In this document: in pieces, positions 18,001 to 25,973 of the stretch
How the letters are laid out: every line of letters starts with the position of its first letter
Numbering within the stretch: the first letter of the stretch is position 1
Origin: an uncultured bacterium
GTDB lineage: Bacteria > Patescibacteriota > Minisyncoccia > UBA6257 > 2-01-FULL-56-20
Assembly (NCBI GenBank): GCA_963719425.1
Contig: OY970382.1
Location: forward strand, 135,888 to 199,887
Length of the DNA: 64,000 nt
Direction: 5' to 3'
Made by a program: the position numbers and the translations under genes
Notes under the pieces: generated by a model
The model's input: the letters and a program-made list of their open reading frames with translations, nothing else
Databases searched by the model: none
What the model was told of the DNA's origin: nothing

Positions 18001-18184
18001 GGATCGCTTGGTTTGGGAAAAACTTTACAGCTCACTTCAAGAGGATGATTTTAAAGACCACCAATATGGATTACAAAACTTAATCAACTCCATAAAGACC
18101 ATAAATCCTATTGGATACAATGAAATTATTGCCAATAAGATTATAAATCAAAAACTTTTGATATGTCATATTTTGACACATTAG
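15017..18184 (+). CDS. Membrane-anchored STAND/NLR-like P-loop NTPase with C-terminal 38-aa helical tandem repeats
   Basis: Two N-terminal TM helices, Walker A GRPGEGKT, Walker B IILIDDAH, seven repeats; AT-rich; start could be 14990. Confidence 0.8.
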   Translation: MKRKNKRKLKESWKAIAGIAVIVGILEAVDVFAGINFNNFPQWVVAECVKKNYPLCGNTITVQAICLLASILLILGIIELISASLKQNRKYFELVDFEKPTGEVRREALEGILNSEKAKPSFVHVAPISEEVESSFKKLDKEGFLWISGRPGEGKTMLAYHVLYKFFKQGYKIYELKTDLINKDLVSDEKKLEQIVGELDILKGGKRKIILIDDAHKLEPKFEDGLMSEIRDEAEEKINGKFFGIDTNYLGTKELDQSSSIALNFDEFYKTTFFKKLYQSEDPLIKEVVENRCINLEGAIKQKEVDHEIKDPWHFNFIATKGEERITEALNDLGGGNEAKRRILRIAIFLFSVRNIITGEKEITEIDFIDKVLPTINNEYVYNPYQSDPLKIIIDLVQENRRLLIINDESSFQRNLLKAPHYRSSIAIVKRLTELCDENEVERMIDASKIFLKNDYKDSAYLGVYFSSIGKYQTYFLNENKNWVKGFLTNVIVEQLQVYPFFLNILREYHEEFFRKLITDEYFDTIAPEISSSSANKFSAIAAFLTALKDKRGELIGRLNFEKLAEVANKAGADQLSQVAEFLGALKDKRGELIGRLSFEKLAGAANKATVYQLKQVAAFLTALKDKRGELIGRLNFEKLAEVANKAGADQLSQVAEFLGALKDKRGELIGRLSFEKLAGAANKAGVDQLEQVANFLQTLGNERNKLVEKFDFEKLAGAANKATVYQLKQVAAFLTALEDKKGELIGRLDFEKLAEAANKAGVEQFAQLEAILNVLGNERNKLIEKFDFEKLAGAANKATVYQLKQVADLLGALKDKRKKLSQYFVTEVILRYSKLLGRDQIPSFCIIVANLDKQKKNQVIQNIDWASLLDLTPINHPDIIKHLSYILDYHNTKCNLLNQDANDKRIRDYLSINRNKIIYFSTCLFSPPDGYQSAAYVLDALYPHAIDISKTIVGNLEYKIISQFKISPLYYHSFSHLLDAIHRIHPPASNAILSDRLVWEKLYSSLQEDDFKDHQYGLQNLINSIKTINPIGYNEIIANKIINQKLLICHILTH
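16640..17470 (+). repeat. Seven in-frame 114-bp tandem repeats
   Basis: AAAGACAAGAGGGGCGAACT recurs at 114-nt spacing; 16640-16842 is identical to 16868-17070. Confidence 0.95.
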
Positions 18185-18279
18185 AAAGTATTTTAAACGA
18201 GCACTAAAATGAGACACGCCATCGGAACGGACGTTATTAACTTATTGGAAAATGAGAATTTTTATTACATAATTCTCAT

Positions 18280-18474
18280 ATGAATGGATTAGAGCAATGG
18301 TTGATTTTGCTTATTGCAATCATCCTGATAGTACTTGCCCTCTCGGTTAAATTTCTCAGAAAGACCATGGGTTTGTTACTCGTTATCTTGGGTGGCCTTG
18401 CATGTTTGACGATAGTTGGTTTGATCATAGGTATCCCAATGATAATTATTGGTGGGATTTTCCTGTTTATTTGA
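18280..18474 (+). CDS. Small hydrophobic membrane protein (64 aa)
   Basis: Two to three TM segments; CLTIVGLIIGIPMIIIG. Confidence 0.7.
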   Translation: MNGLEQWLILLIAIILIVLALSVKFLRKTMGLLLVILGGLACLTIVGLIIGIPMIIIGGIFLFI

Positions 18475-18500
18475 TTACGGATTGTGCCATAATTTTAACG

Positions 18501-19511
18501 ATGCAATACACTGTCCAAGCTACGACCACTATCTCCGTCGCAAGTAGTAATGGCGCAACGAGTTTATTAAATAGTCCGTTATCCGTTTCGCTTTTGGATG
18601 GTGCTATCGGATTAATACTGGCCGCATCAATTGCGGCATATGTCTCACTAAAGCAGATTGGATTTCAAAAAGTGAGAGATAATATTGAAAAGAGATATCT
18701 TGAAAACGGACTTGAAAAACTGATTAGCCACCTCAATTTTATTAGATTGGAATCAGAAGATACCTACGCTAGGGCCGTAAGTGTCGTACAGCATCTCAGA
18801 GATTTAAATAAAGAAGACTTTAAAAAATGGTTTCTCGCAATAAAACCGAAAGATTATAGGCATTCTTCTCCGGGGATGCCCGATTCGCTTATTACAACCG
18901 GAGCTTTCATAAAAGATAAATTGTTTCAGTATCTTGCTATTAAGATATCTTTAATCATCAATTCTTCCAGTGATTTCTTTACAACAGAATTTTTTAGATT
19001 GATCGAAAATGAATTTGAAAACGAACACGGGCTGTTCGAATTGAAAGCAAGGACAGAACCAAAGAAATGGAAAGAAATAATGGATAAAGTGAAGAATGAA
19101 CTCACCCGACACCACAACCAAAATGCCCCCGTTTATGAACTAGTACCGGTACTCGAATTGATTTTAATCAGGTTAAGAGAACTCAATCTCCACTCATATA
19201 AAAAATTTATTGAAAAAGCTCGAAGTGATGAAAAAATTTTAGGCTACTATAACGATATAAAAAATATTCTTCTGAAAGATATTACCAACTCCTATGCGAC
19301 GATCCTTGAGTATATTTCATTATTGGAACAAAAAAGAGGTGATCAGTTGCGGCCGTTTAAAGAACAGGATTTGGCAGGGCTCACTTCTGATGTAGAAAAA
19401 ATATCCTCTAATACTCCACTAACGGATAATGAGATTATAGCAATAGAGCAAAAGATAGACGAAGCAATAATTCAGCTACGATGGATAATGGGCGGGGTCA
19501 TCGTGGTATAG
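18501..19511 (+). CDS. Hypothetical protein with N-terminal TM helix (island)
   Basis: Long AT-rich ORF; TG-C-CATAAT 7 nt before ATG 18501. Confidence 0.75.
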   Translation: MQYTVQATTTISVASSNGATSLLNSPLSVSLLDGAIGLILAASIAAYVSLKQIGFQKVRDNIEKRYLENGLEKLISHLNFIRLESEDTYARAVSVVQHLRDLNKEDFKKWFLAIKPKDYRHSSPGMPDSLITTGAFIKDKLFQYLAIKISLIINSSSDFFTTEFFRLIENEFENEHGLFELKARTEPKKWKEIMDKVKNELTRHHNQNAPVYELVPVLELILIRLRELNLHSYKKFIEKARSDEKILGYYNDIKNILLKDITNSYATILEYISLLEQKRGDQLRPFKEQDLAGLTSDVEKISSNTPLTDNEIIAIEQKIDEAIIQLRWIMGGVIVV

Positions 19512-19627
19512 AAAAACTAGAATATAGAATTAATCGCATTATCCCTAAGATAGGTTTTGACGTTGTCTGTTACCCCGGGGAGAGAAACAAATATTCGGAT
19601 CAATTATCTCTAAACGAAGGTTTTTCA

Positions 19628-19656
19628 GGGCTTACTGTCCGCCCTACATGACAGAA
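19628..19656 (+). repeat. 29-bp direct repeat, copy 1
   Basis: GGGCTTACTGTCCGCCCTACATGACAGAA, 26/29 identical to 20471-20499. Confidence 0.85.
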
Positions 19657-19673
19657 TGAACATACTATTGCGC

Positions 19674-19705
19674 TGGCCATCTGGTACGAAGTTGGAACCG
19701 CCTTA
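19674..19705 (+). repeat. Dispersed 32-bp att-like motif, copy 1
   Basis: TGGCCATCTGGTACGAAGTTGGAACCGCCTTA, 30/32 identical to 58105-58136. Confidence 0.85.
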
Positions 19706-19763
19706 ATGAAAGCAGAAGGCGCATTTACACGCGCTTGAGTAAGAAAAAAGAAAACCGCACATA

Positions 19764-20351
19764 TTACTGCGTCGTGCGGTTTCTGCGCTCCATAATGAAC
19801 GCATCAACAATGAATCCGAGCGAAATTGCTTGTTGGAGAGCTAGCCATGGATAGTGTTCTCTCCACATGAGCCATCCACATGAAAGGTTCATGATCATGA
19901 ACCAAAGATACCCGACTGGATGTTTCTTTTCGTCTTTGACGGCGAGTAGATAGGTTCCAATGAGGTACCCGGCGGTCAGCCCCAGTTCGAGGAACTGGTT
20001 CAATGTTGTTAACCCTCCAAAATCGTACAGGCTGTAGGCAGTGCCTATGGCCACGCACGCGAGCGCGAGATAATTGAGCCATTTCGGCGACTTGCGGACG
20101 CTACTTTTGAGCGCAATCGTGAGCCCCAAGACCATCGAGGGCAATCCTCCGAGTTCGAGCGAGGCCGCTATCCAGTTGTGCTCGAAAATGAAGATAAATG
20201 CCCACGCCGGAAGCCCAAGGATATATACAATCCACGACCAGATGCGCCACAACCTTTTTGCCTCGCTGTTTTTCCCTCTTTCTGTGAAAGAGAAAAAAAC
20301 CTTATTGAGGAGATAGAATATACCTCCCCACAATTGCAGAAATGCACGCAC
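19764..20351 (-). CDS. PnuC-like / nicotinamide mononucleotide transporter-like membrane protein
   Basis: Polytopic, Trp-rich, with duplicated halves (WGGIFYLLNK; GYLIGTYLLA...GYLWF). Confidence 0.6.
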   Translation of the reverse strand: MRAFLQLWGGIFYLLNKVFFSFTERGKNSEAKRLWRIWSWIVYILGLPAWAFIFIFEHNWIAASLELGGLPSMVLGLTIALKSSVRKSPKWLNYLALACVAIGTAYSLYDFGGLTTLNQFLELGLTAGYLIGTYLLAVKDEKKHPVGYLWFMIMNLSCGWLMWREHYPWLALQQAISLGFIVDAFIMERRNRTTQ

Positions 20352-20400
20352 GGCTGCTCACCCCCTCCATCTTCGTATTGTCGATAACTGTCTGAAAACA

Positions 20401-20429
20401 TAATAGCACATTTCTGTGCTATTAGTCAA
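20401..20429 (-). promoter_or_regulatory. Promoter with palindromic operator
   Basis: TTGACT...TG-C-TATTAT on the minus strand, overlapped by the perfect inverted repeat TAATAGCACA-TTTC-TGTGCTATTA. Confidence 0.55.
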
Positions 20430-20431
20430 GG

Positions 20432-20457
20432 TGCTGGCGGACCTGGATTCGAACCAG
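20432..20457 (-). pseudogene. tRNA 3' fragment (Gln-like), probable att remnant
   Basis: CTGG-TTCGAAT-CCAGG-TCCGCCA-G, with no D-arm or anticodon arm upstream. Confidence 0.6.
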
Positions 20458-20470
20458 TCTTAAATCTAAT

Positions 20471-20499
20471 GGGCTTACTATCCTCCCCACATGACAGAA
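20471..20499 (+). repeat. 29-bp direct repeat, copy 2
   Basis: GGGCTTACTATCCTCCCCACATGACAGAA. Confidence 0.85.
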
Positions 20500-20545
20500 G
20501 GGGTCTTATAGATTGCTACCCTGCGCTATAATAGTAAGAATATCA

Positions 20546-20719
20546 ATGATTAAAAAAATCAAAGGGAAATACATGGTACTTTCGGAGAAAACGGGCCGTT
20601 CATTCGGAAGCTATGCCACGAAAGCCGAGGCAGCGCACCGCCTCCGCCAGATTGAATTTTTTAAACACATGAAAAGTGGTAGCGGACCTTCTGATGGAAG
20701 AAAGCGAAAGCGCCCTTGA
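20546..20719 (+). CDS. Small basic hypothetical protein
   Basis: MIKKIKGKYMVLSEKTGRSFGSYATKAEAAHRLRQIEFFKH; TATAAT upstream. Confidence 0.7.
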   Translation: MIKKIKGKYMVLSEKTGRSFGSYATKAEAAHRLRQIEFFKHMKSGSGPSDGRKRKRP

Positions 20720-20726
20720 TCAGATC

Positions 20727-21137
20727 ATGTTGAAATTAGAACAGGACGAATTTGAGAAACTTATACAGGAGGGGATATGCGCGATTCCGGAAAAGTTCCT
20801 GCGGAAACTGGCCAACGTGTCGATTGTGATCGGCGACGAGCCGACGCCGGCCCAGCGAAAGAAACTGGATCTCCCTCCGGGATCGACGCTCCTTGGCCTG
20901 TACGAAGGAGTGCCGCAGGTATCGCGGGGAGCGAACTATTCCGCTGTGCCTCCCGACAAGATCACCATCTTTCAGAGGCCGATCGAAGCCGGGGCCGCCG
21001 ATCGGGAAGATATGAAGAAGATTGTGAGAGATGTGGTGTGGCATGAAATTGCTCACCATTTTGGCATGGACGAATCCCGCGTGCGCCGAGCGGAAGCCAA
21101 CAGGCGGAAGCTTCGTCGGTCTAGAATCAATTCTTAG
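20727..21137 (+). CDS. Zincin-like metallopeptidase (Zincin_1/DUF1025)
   Basis: Motifs LLGLYEGVP, PDKITIFQRPI and HEIAHHFG. Confidence 0.88.
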   Translation: MLKLEQDEFEKLIQEGICAIPEKFLRKLANVSIVIGDEPTPAQRKKLDLPPGSTLLGLYEGVPQVSRGANYSAVPPDKITIFQRPIEAGAADREDMKKIVRDVVWHEIAHHFGMDESRVRRAEANRRKLRRSRINS

Positions 21138-21188
21138 AAAGCCATTACCACATTCAAAGATTAACCAGTTTCTCTTGGCCGATAAAGA

Positions 21189-22188
21189 TCATCTTAGGCG
21201 GTAATGTTTGAATTTTTTTATCAATTCGAGCAGCTCTTGTTCACCTTTTCTTAAAGTCAAATGAACAAGAGTTGGCTGGTTCGGCAAAACATATTCCATA
21301 AACCCTTGTTCCTTTTTTCCATTGACCCAAACTGTGAGCGGCCCTTCCCAATAATTGACTACGCCGAAATTCACCTCGCATTCTTTAATGATCGGCCGGG
21401 TTTTAATTATGTAATTTTTCAATTTAATTTCCCATTCCAGCTCGTAGGCGAGGCCGCTCACCGGACTTTTCCAGATCTTTCCCGCCGGTGTGAAGCTTAC
21501 CTCACAATTTTCTTGTTTGTTGTCCGGGTGGAGCAGGTAGGCTTTTCTTTTCCCTTGGTAATTGATACAGACCAGTTCGGTATTATCCGACATCTGGATA
21601 GAAAACCAAACCCAAGCGTCGTCGTCGGCCGCGGTCAGATTGAACCATTGCCTATCGTGCCAAACTTTCCCCTTGACCCGATCTTTGCCGACATACCCCG
21701 TAGTTTCTAGATTGGTATAAGAATAATAGTAGGTTTTTTTTCTTGCCGTAATCCACAAAACCAGCCCTGCCTTCAAGTAGGGGCTTTTTTGTCTGTCTGC
21801 AGAATAGGTCTACAAATCGGTTTTTTATTCGCAAAATTTTTCCCCACCTGGCGATTTCGTAATCCGCAAAATTTTTCCGAAAAGGAGAGTGATAGTTTAT
21901 GAAAAGGTCCTTTTTCTGAAAACTGTCCCGGGAAGGAACAACTATCGGGAGTATTTCCGCATGGACTTTCTTATTTTTTAGGTCAAAGAGGATAGCGTGC
22001 GAAAAAAACAATTCTTTGATCGGCAGTTTTAAAAACGGGATCTTGACTTTTTTGCCCTTCACTCTGAAAAGGCAGTTCATGAACGCGTACCGGCGTTCGC
22101 CTTTTAAAAATCCGTTGAAGTACCACCACTCGCCGTCGTAGCTTCTGTGAATCGATTCGTCTTTTGGAAGCGTAATTCTCGGTTTCAT
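21189..22188 (-). pseudogene. AttH/CrtC-like lipocalin-fold protein split by a frameshift at an A8 run
   Basis: N-part has EWWYFNG; C-part has YYYSYT, WHDRQW and YWEG; removing one A at 21734-21741 fuses the two frames. Confidence 0.75.
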
Positions 22189-22239
22189 GATCGGGAACGC
22201 TTTATAAAAAGTTGTGGGTCGCACTGAAAAAATATTCTT

Positions 22240-22340
22240 GTGGAGGCGGAAGGAACCTCACTGCTCGGCCGATAAGATCGGCCTGCGCTTTGGCACCCTC
22301 GGTGCCGAACTGTCGCGTCAGAACGCGACCCTCCTACACG
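22240..22340. other. Cluster of three hairpins in an intergenic spacer
   Basis: GGCCGAT-AAG-ATCGGCC, GGCACC-CTC-GGTGCC and GTCGCGT-CAGA-ACGCGAC. Confidence 0.7.
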
Positions 22341-22366
22341 GCTCTTATGTTGAGCACGTTCCGTTT

Positions 22367-22762
22367 TTATTCCACTTTCTCTCCAAACGCCTCGTCCTCG
22401 GCGTCCATCTCCGCGTCGTGCTTCGTCTTATGGATCCTGCCGTCTATGTGGTTCGGAGGGGAGTAGATGGTGAAGATTTTAAGCGATTCGCTCCCGGTGT
22501 TCACAAAATTATGCTTGACGCCCGGAGTTACAACAACCACGTCTCCCGTCCGGTATGGTTGCTCTTTTCCGTCAAGCACCGCCTTTCCCTCGCCGTGCAG
22601 GAGAAAAAGAGTTTGCTCAACGTGCGCATGGGTTTCCTCGCCGATGTCCTCTCCCGGCTTGATGTCCATCACGACAAGTTGGCACTTTTGTCCCGTGAAA
22701 AGCACCTTCCGGAAATACGCGTTCTTCTGCGTTTCCTCAATGTAATTGTCCGAATATGGCAT
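22367..22762 (-). CDS. Cupin domain protein
   Basis: Motifs QLVVMDIKPGEDIGEETH, PGVKHN and TIYSPPNH. Confidence 0.9.
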   Translation of the reverse strand: MPYSDNYIEETQKNAYFRKVLFTGQKCQLVVMDIKPGEDIGEETHAHVEQTLFLLHGEGKAVLDGKEQPYRTGDVVVVTPGVKHNFVNTGSESLKIFTIYSPPNHIDGRIHKTKHDAEMDAEDEAFGEKVE

Positions 22763-22861
22763 GGTATTGGTTATAGTTCATCAACCGACCTTTCTCCGCT
22801 TCATCTGTCTTTAATAGTTTAGCGCATCGGGCCTGATTTTTCATTTGTTACAATAGAGTCA

Positions 22862-25363
22862 ATGATCACCGAAGCGCCGGATCCGGAAGCGCTCGCGAAA
22901 AAGACACCGGAGGAGCTGTACCGCGCCCTTGGAACTTCTGCGAAAGGGCTTACGCAAATAGAGGCGGCGCGGCGGCTTGCGCAGTACGGACCCAACGAAT
23001 TTGCGGGGAGGAAAAAGCTCCGGCCGCTTTTCATTTTTTTCTCAAAGTTCAGGAGTCCGCTTCTCCTTTTGCTTATCGCCGCAGCGCTCGTCTCCGGCGC
23101 GCTCGGCTCGCGGTTTGAGGCAGGCGTGATCCTCGTAATCGTGCTTGTGAGCGCACTCATTGATTTCATAAATACCTACAAGTCGGCGAAGGCGGCCGAA
23201 GAACTGCAGCAGCGGGTAAGCATCACCGCCGCAATTCTCCGCGGGGGCGAGCTCAAGGAGCGGAATATCCGCGACATCGTGCCTGGCGACGTGTTTGCGC
23301 TTGAGGCGGGCGACCTCGTGCCGGCGGACGGAATCCTTCTTGAAGCGAAAGACCTCTTTTTGAACGAGAGTGTGCTGACGGGGGAGTCGCTTCCTGTGGA
23401 AAAAGAACCTGCCGCGGCGCCCGAAGCGCGGATACTATTCTTAGGCACGAGCGTGGTTTCGGGCAAGGGCCTCGCGGTCGCCGCAGTCACGGGGACGAGA
23501 ACGAGAATGGGCGGCATTGCGGACAAGCTCAAGCGTCCCGAGACGCCTACGGAATTTGAAAAGAACCTGAAGGATTTCAGTTTATTCATTTTCCGCATGA
23601 CGCTTTTCCTCGTGCTCGCCGTGATCCTTTTGAACATTTTTATCATTAAGCACGATCCGCTGCAGATATTTTTGTTCGCCGTCGCGATCGCGGTGGGCCT
23701 TACGCCGGAGCTTCTGCCTCTCATCGTCACGAGCAATCTCGCGAAAGGCGCGCTCCGGATGGAGAAAGGCGGCGTGATCGTAAAGAAGCTCGCTGCGCTC
23801 CACAACTTCGGGAGCATTGACGTGCTTTGCACGGACAAGACCGGCACGCTCACTGAGGACCGCATCACGCTTATCAAGTGCATTGACGCTGCGGGGAACG
23901 AAAGCGAGGAGGTGTTGTTCTTCGGGTATTTAAGCAGCAGGAATCTTACCGGCGTCCGCGGCGTGCTGGACCACGCGATTGAGGCGTACCGGAAAGTAGA
24001 TATCGCGGGTTGGGAAAAGGTGGATGAGGTGCCGTTTGACGCCGAGCGGCGGTTGGAATCGGTCGTGGTTGCAAAAGGGAATGAAACGGTCCTCGTTGCG
24101 AAGGGCGCGCCGGAAAACATTTTGAAAAATACTGAGGGGCTCACCGAAACGGACCGTGAAAAGATCATCCATGAGTATGAGGCACTCTCAAGCGACGGTT
24201 TCCGCGTGCTCGGCGTGGGAGTAAAGAACGTTCCGCGGCGGGGGACTTCCTATACCAAAGACGACGAGCGGGGGCTCGCGTTCAAAGGATTCCTTGCTTT
24301 CCTTGATCCGCCAAAACACACCGTGAAGGACGTTCTCAAAAAGATGGCCGACCATAACGTGGCGATAAAGATCATTACGGGGGATAACTTCTTGGTGACG
24401 AAGAAAATTGCCGAGGAGATCGGGCTTCCCATTACGGGGGCGCTCGCAGGGGATGAGCTTGCGCAGCTGGACGAGCATCAGCTGAAGGCGAGGGTGGAGT
24501 CGGCAAACGTATTCACGCGCGTGACGCCGGAACAGAAGGAGACGATCATCACCGCGCTCCGCGGGAACGGCCATGTGGTTGCCTACATGGGCGACGGCGT
24601 GAATGACGTGCTTTCCCTGCGGGCTGCGGACGTGGGCATTTCCGTCCAGAACGCGGTGGACATCGCGAAAGAAACCGCGGACATCATCCTTATGAGAAAG
24701 GGCCTCCGTGAAATTATTGAGGGCGTGGTGGAAGGGCGCCGGACCTTCGCGAATACTTTTAAATACTTAATGATGGCGCTCTCTTCCAACTTCGGCAACA
24801 TGTTCAGCATGCCTATCGCGTCGGTGTTCCTGCCGTTTCTGCCTATGACCGCGCCGCAGATATTGTTGAACAACCTGCTCTACGATTCTTCCCAGCTCGC
24901 GATCCCTTTTGACAATGTGGAAAAGGAATTCCTTGCGCGCCCGAAGAAGTTTGATATCGGTTTTATGAAAAAATTCATGATTATCTTCGGGCCGTTGAGT
25001 TCCTGTTTTGACTTCGTAACATTCGGCGTGCTTTTCTTTGTACTCCGTGCGGCGGGCGGCGCGTTCCAGACGGGATGGTTTCTGGAGTCCATTGCCACAC
25101 AGACGTTCGTCGTCGGCATCATACGGAACCGCGGCCGTTTTTGGAAAACGCCGCCGAGTTGGGAATTGGCCGCAAGCACCGTTGCCGCGGTCGTCGTCGC
25201 CTGGATCATCCCGTATTCGCTCCTTGGCCCCGCGTTCGGATTCGTACGGTTCGGCTGGCTGCCGCTTGCGCTCATCGCGTGCATCGTCGCGGCGTATCTT
25301 GCGGCTGTTGAGATCGCAAAAAAATATTTCTACCGGAAGTACGGGAATTTAATAGAGAAATAA
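22862..25363 (+). CDS. mgtA: Magnesium-translocating P-type ATPase
   Basis: Motifs TGES, AVGLTPELLP, DKTGTLT, KGAPE, GDGVND and SSNFGNMFS. Confidence 0.92.
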   Translation: MITEAPDPEALAKKTPEELYRALGTSAKGLTQIEAARRLAQYGPNEFAGRKKLRPLFIFFSKFRSPLLLLLIAAALVSGALGSRFEAGVILVIVLVSALIDFINTYKSAKAAEELQQRVSITAAILRGGELKERNIRDIVPGDVFALEAGDLVPADGILLEAKDLFLNESVLTGESLPVEKEPAAAPEARILFLGTSVVSGKGLAVAAVTGTRTRMGGIADKLKRPETPTEFEKNLKDFSLFIFRMTLFLVLAVILLNIFIIKHDPLQIFLFAVAIAVGLTPELLPLIVTSNLAKGALRMEKGGVIVKKLAALHNFGSIDVLCTDKTGTLTEDRITLIKCIDAAGNESEEVLFFGYLSSRNLTGVRGVLDHAIEAYRKVDIAGWEKVDEVPFDAERRLESVVVAKGNETVLVAKGAPENILKNTEGLTETDREKIIHEYEALSSDGFRVLGVGVKNVPRRGTSYTKDDERGLAFKGFLAFLDPPKHTVKDVLKKMADHNVAIKIITGDNFLVTKKIAEEIGLPITGALAGDELAQLDEHQLKARVESANVFTRVTPEQKETIITALRGNGHVVAYMGDGVNDVLSLRAADVGISVQNAVDIAKETADIILMRKGLREIIEGVVEGRRTFANTFKYLMMALSSNFGNMFSMPIASVFLPFLPMTAPQILLNNLLYDSSQLAIPFDNVEKEFLARPKKFDIGFMKKFMIIFGPLSSCFDFVTFGVLFFVLRAAGGAFQTGWFLESIATQTFVVGIIRNRGRFWKTPPSWELAASTVAAVVVAWIIPYSLLGPAFGFVRFGWLPLALIACIVAAYLAAVEIAKKYFYRKYGNLIEK

Positions 25364-25379
25364 GCAGGAAACGACCGAG

Positions 25380-25859
25380 CTAGCTGATATCTTTCTCGTG
25401 CTGCCGTTCCAGCCGCTCGGAGATGTCCATCTTGCGGAGGAAGTAGAGGACGAGGGTGATGAGAATGGTGGCGACAATGGCGAAATAGAATATGCCGAGG
25501 CCCGCGAGGATGCCGATGGCTGCGGTCATCCAGACAAGTGCGGCGGTCGTGAGGCCCCGAGGATGATCCCCCATTTTTATGATGAGCCCAGCGCCCAGAA
25601 ATCCGATGCCGACGCCGATGTTCGCGATGATGCCGAAGCTGTTCGTTTGTGCCAGGAGATCGGGCACACCGCCGGACATCTCGCCTGCGATGTAGGGGAG
25701 CAAAAGTCCGATCATCGCGAACATGGAAGCGCCGCCTGCGACGATCATCTCTGTCCGCACGCCAGCCTCTTTACCGACGAGTTCGCGTTCCACGCCCAAG
25801 ATCGTGCCGAGGACGAGCGCGACCACTAACCGCACGAGCATTTGTTCAAACGTCAACAT
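25380..25859 (-). CDS. mgtC: MgtC/SapB family protein
   Basis: Motifs GVERE...AGVRT, GIGFLGAG and GLTTAA. Confidence 0.88.
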   Translation of the reverse strand: MLTFEQMLVRLVVALVLGTILGVERELVGKEAGVRTEMIVAGGASMFAMIGLLLPYIAGEMSGGVPDLLAQTNSFGIIANIGVGIGFLGAGLIIKMGDHPRGLTTAALVWMTAAIGILAGLGIFYFAIVATILITLVLYFLRKMDISERLERQHEKDIS

Positions 25860-25879
25860 TATATTAATATTAGCATATT

Positions 25880-25957
25880 GGCGGCGTGCGTTCCTGGGCT
25901 TTTGTCCGTGAGTACCGAGAAGGGCTGCTGTCCAAAATCTCAGGAACGCACGCCGCC
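25880..25957. repeat. Long hairpin between divergent mgtC and aspS
   Basis: Perfect 17-bp stem GGCGGCGTGCGTTCCTG/CAGGAACGCACGCCGCC, extending further inward. Confidence 0.85.
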
Positions 25958-25973
25958 GAGATGCCACATTATT

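Noticed and set aside
22765-22861. Mg2+ riboswitch or leader peptide upstream of mgtA
   Set aside because: TACAAT lies 7 nt before the ATG (leaderless), and there is no M-box structure.
22240-25957. SRP RNA in the hairpins at 22240 or 25880
   Set aside because: Neither has the helix-8 pattern CAGG-stem-GNRA-stem-AGCA in the correct geometry.
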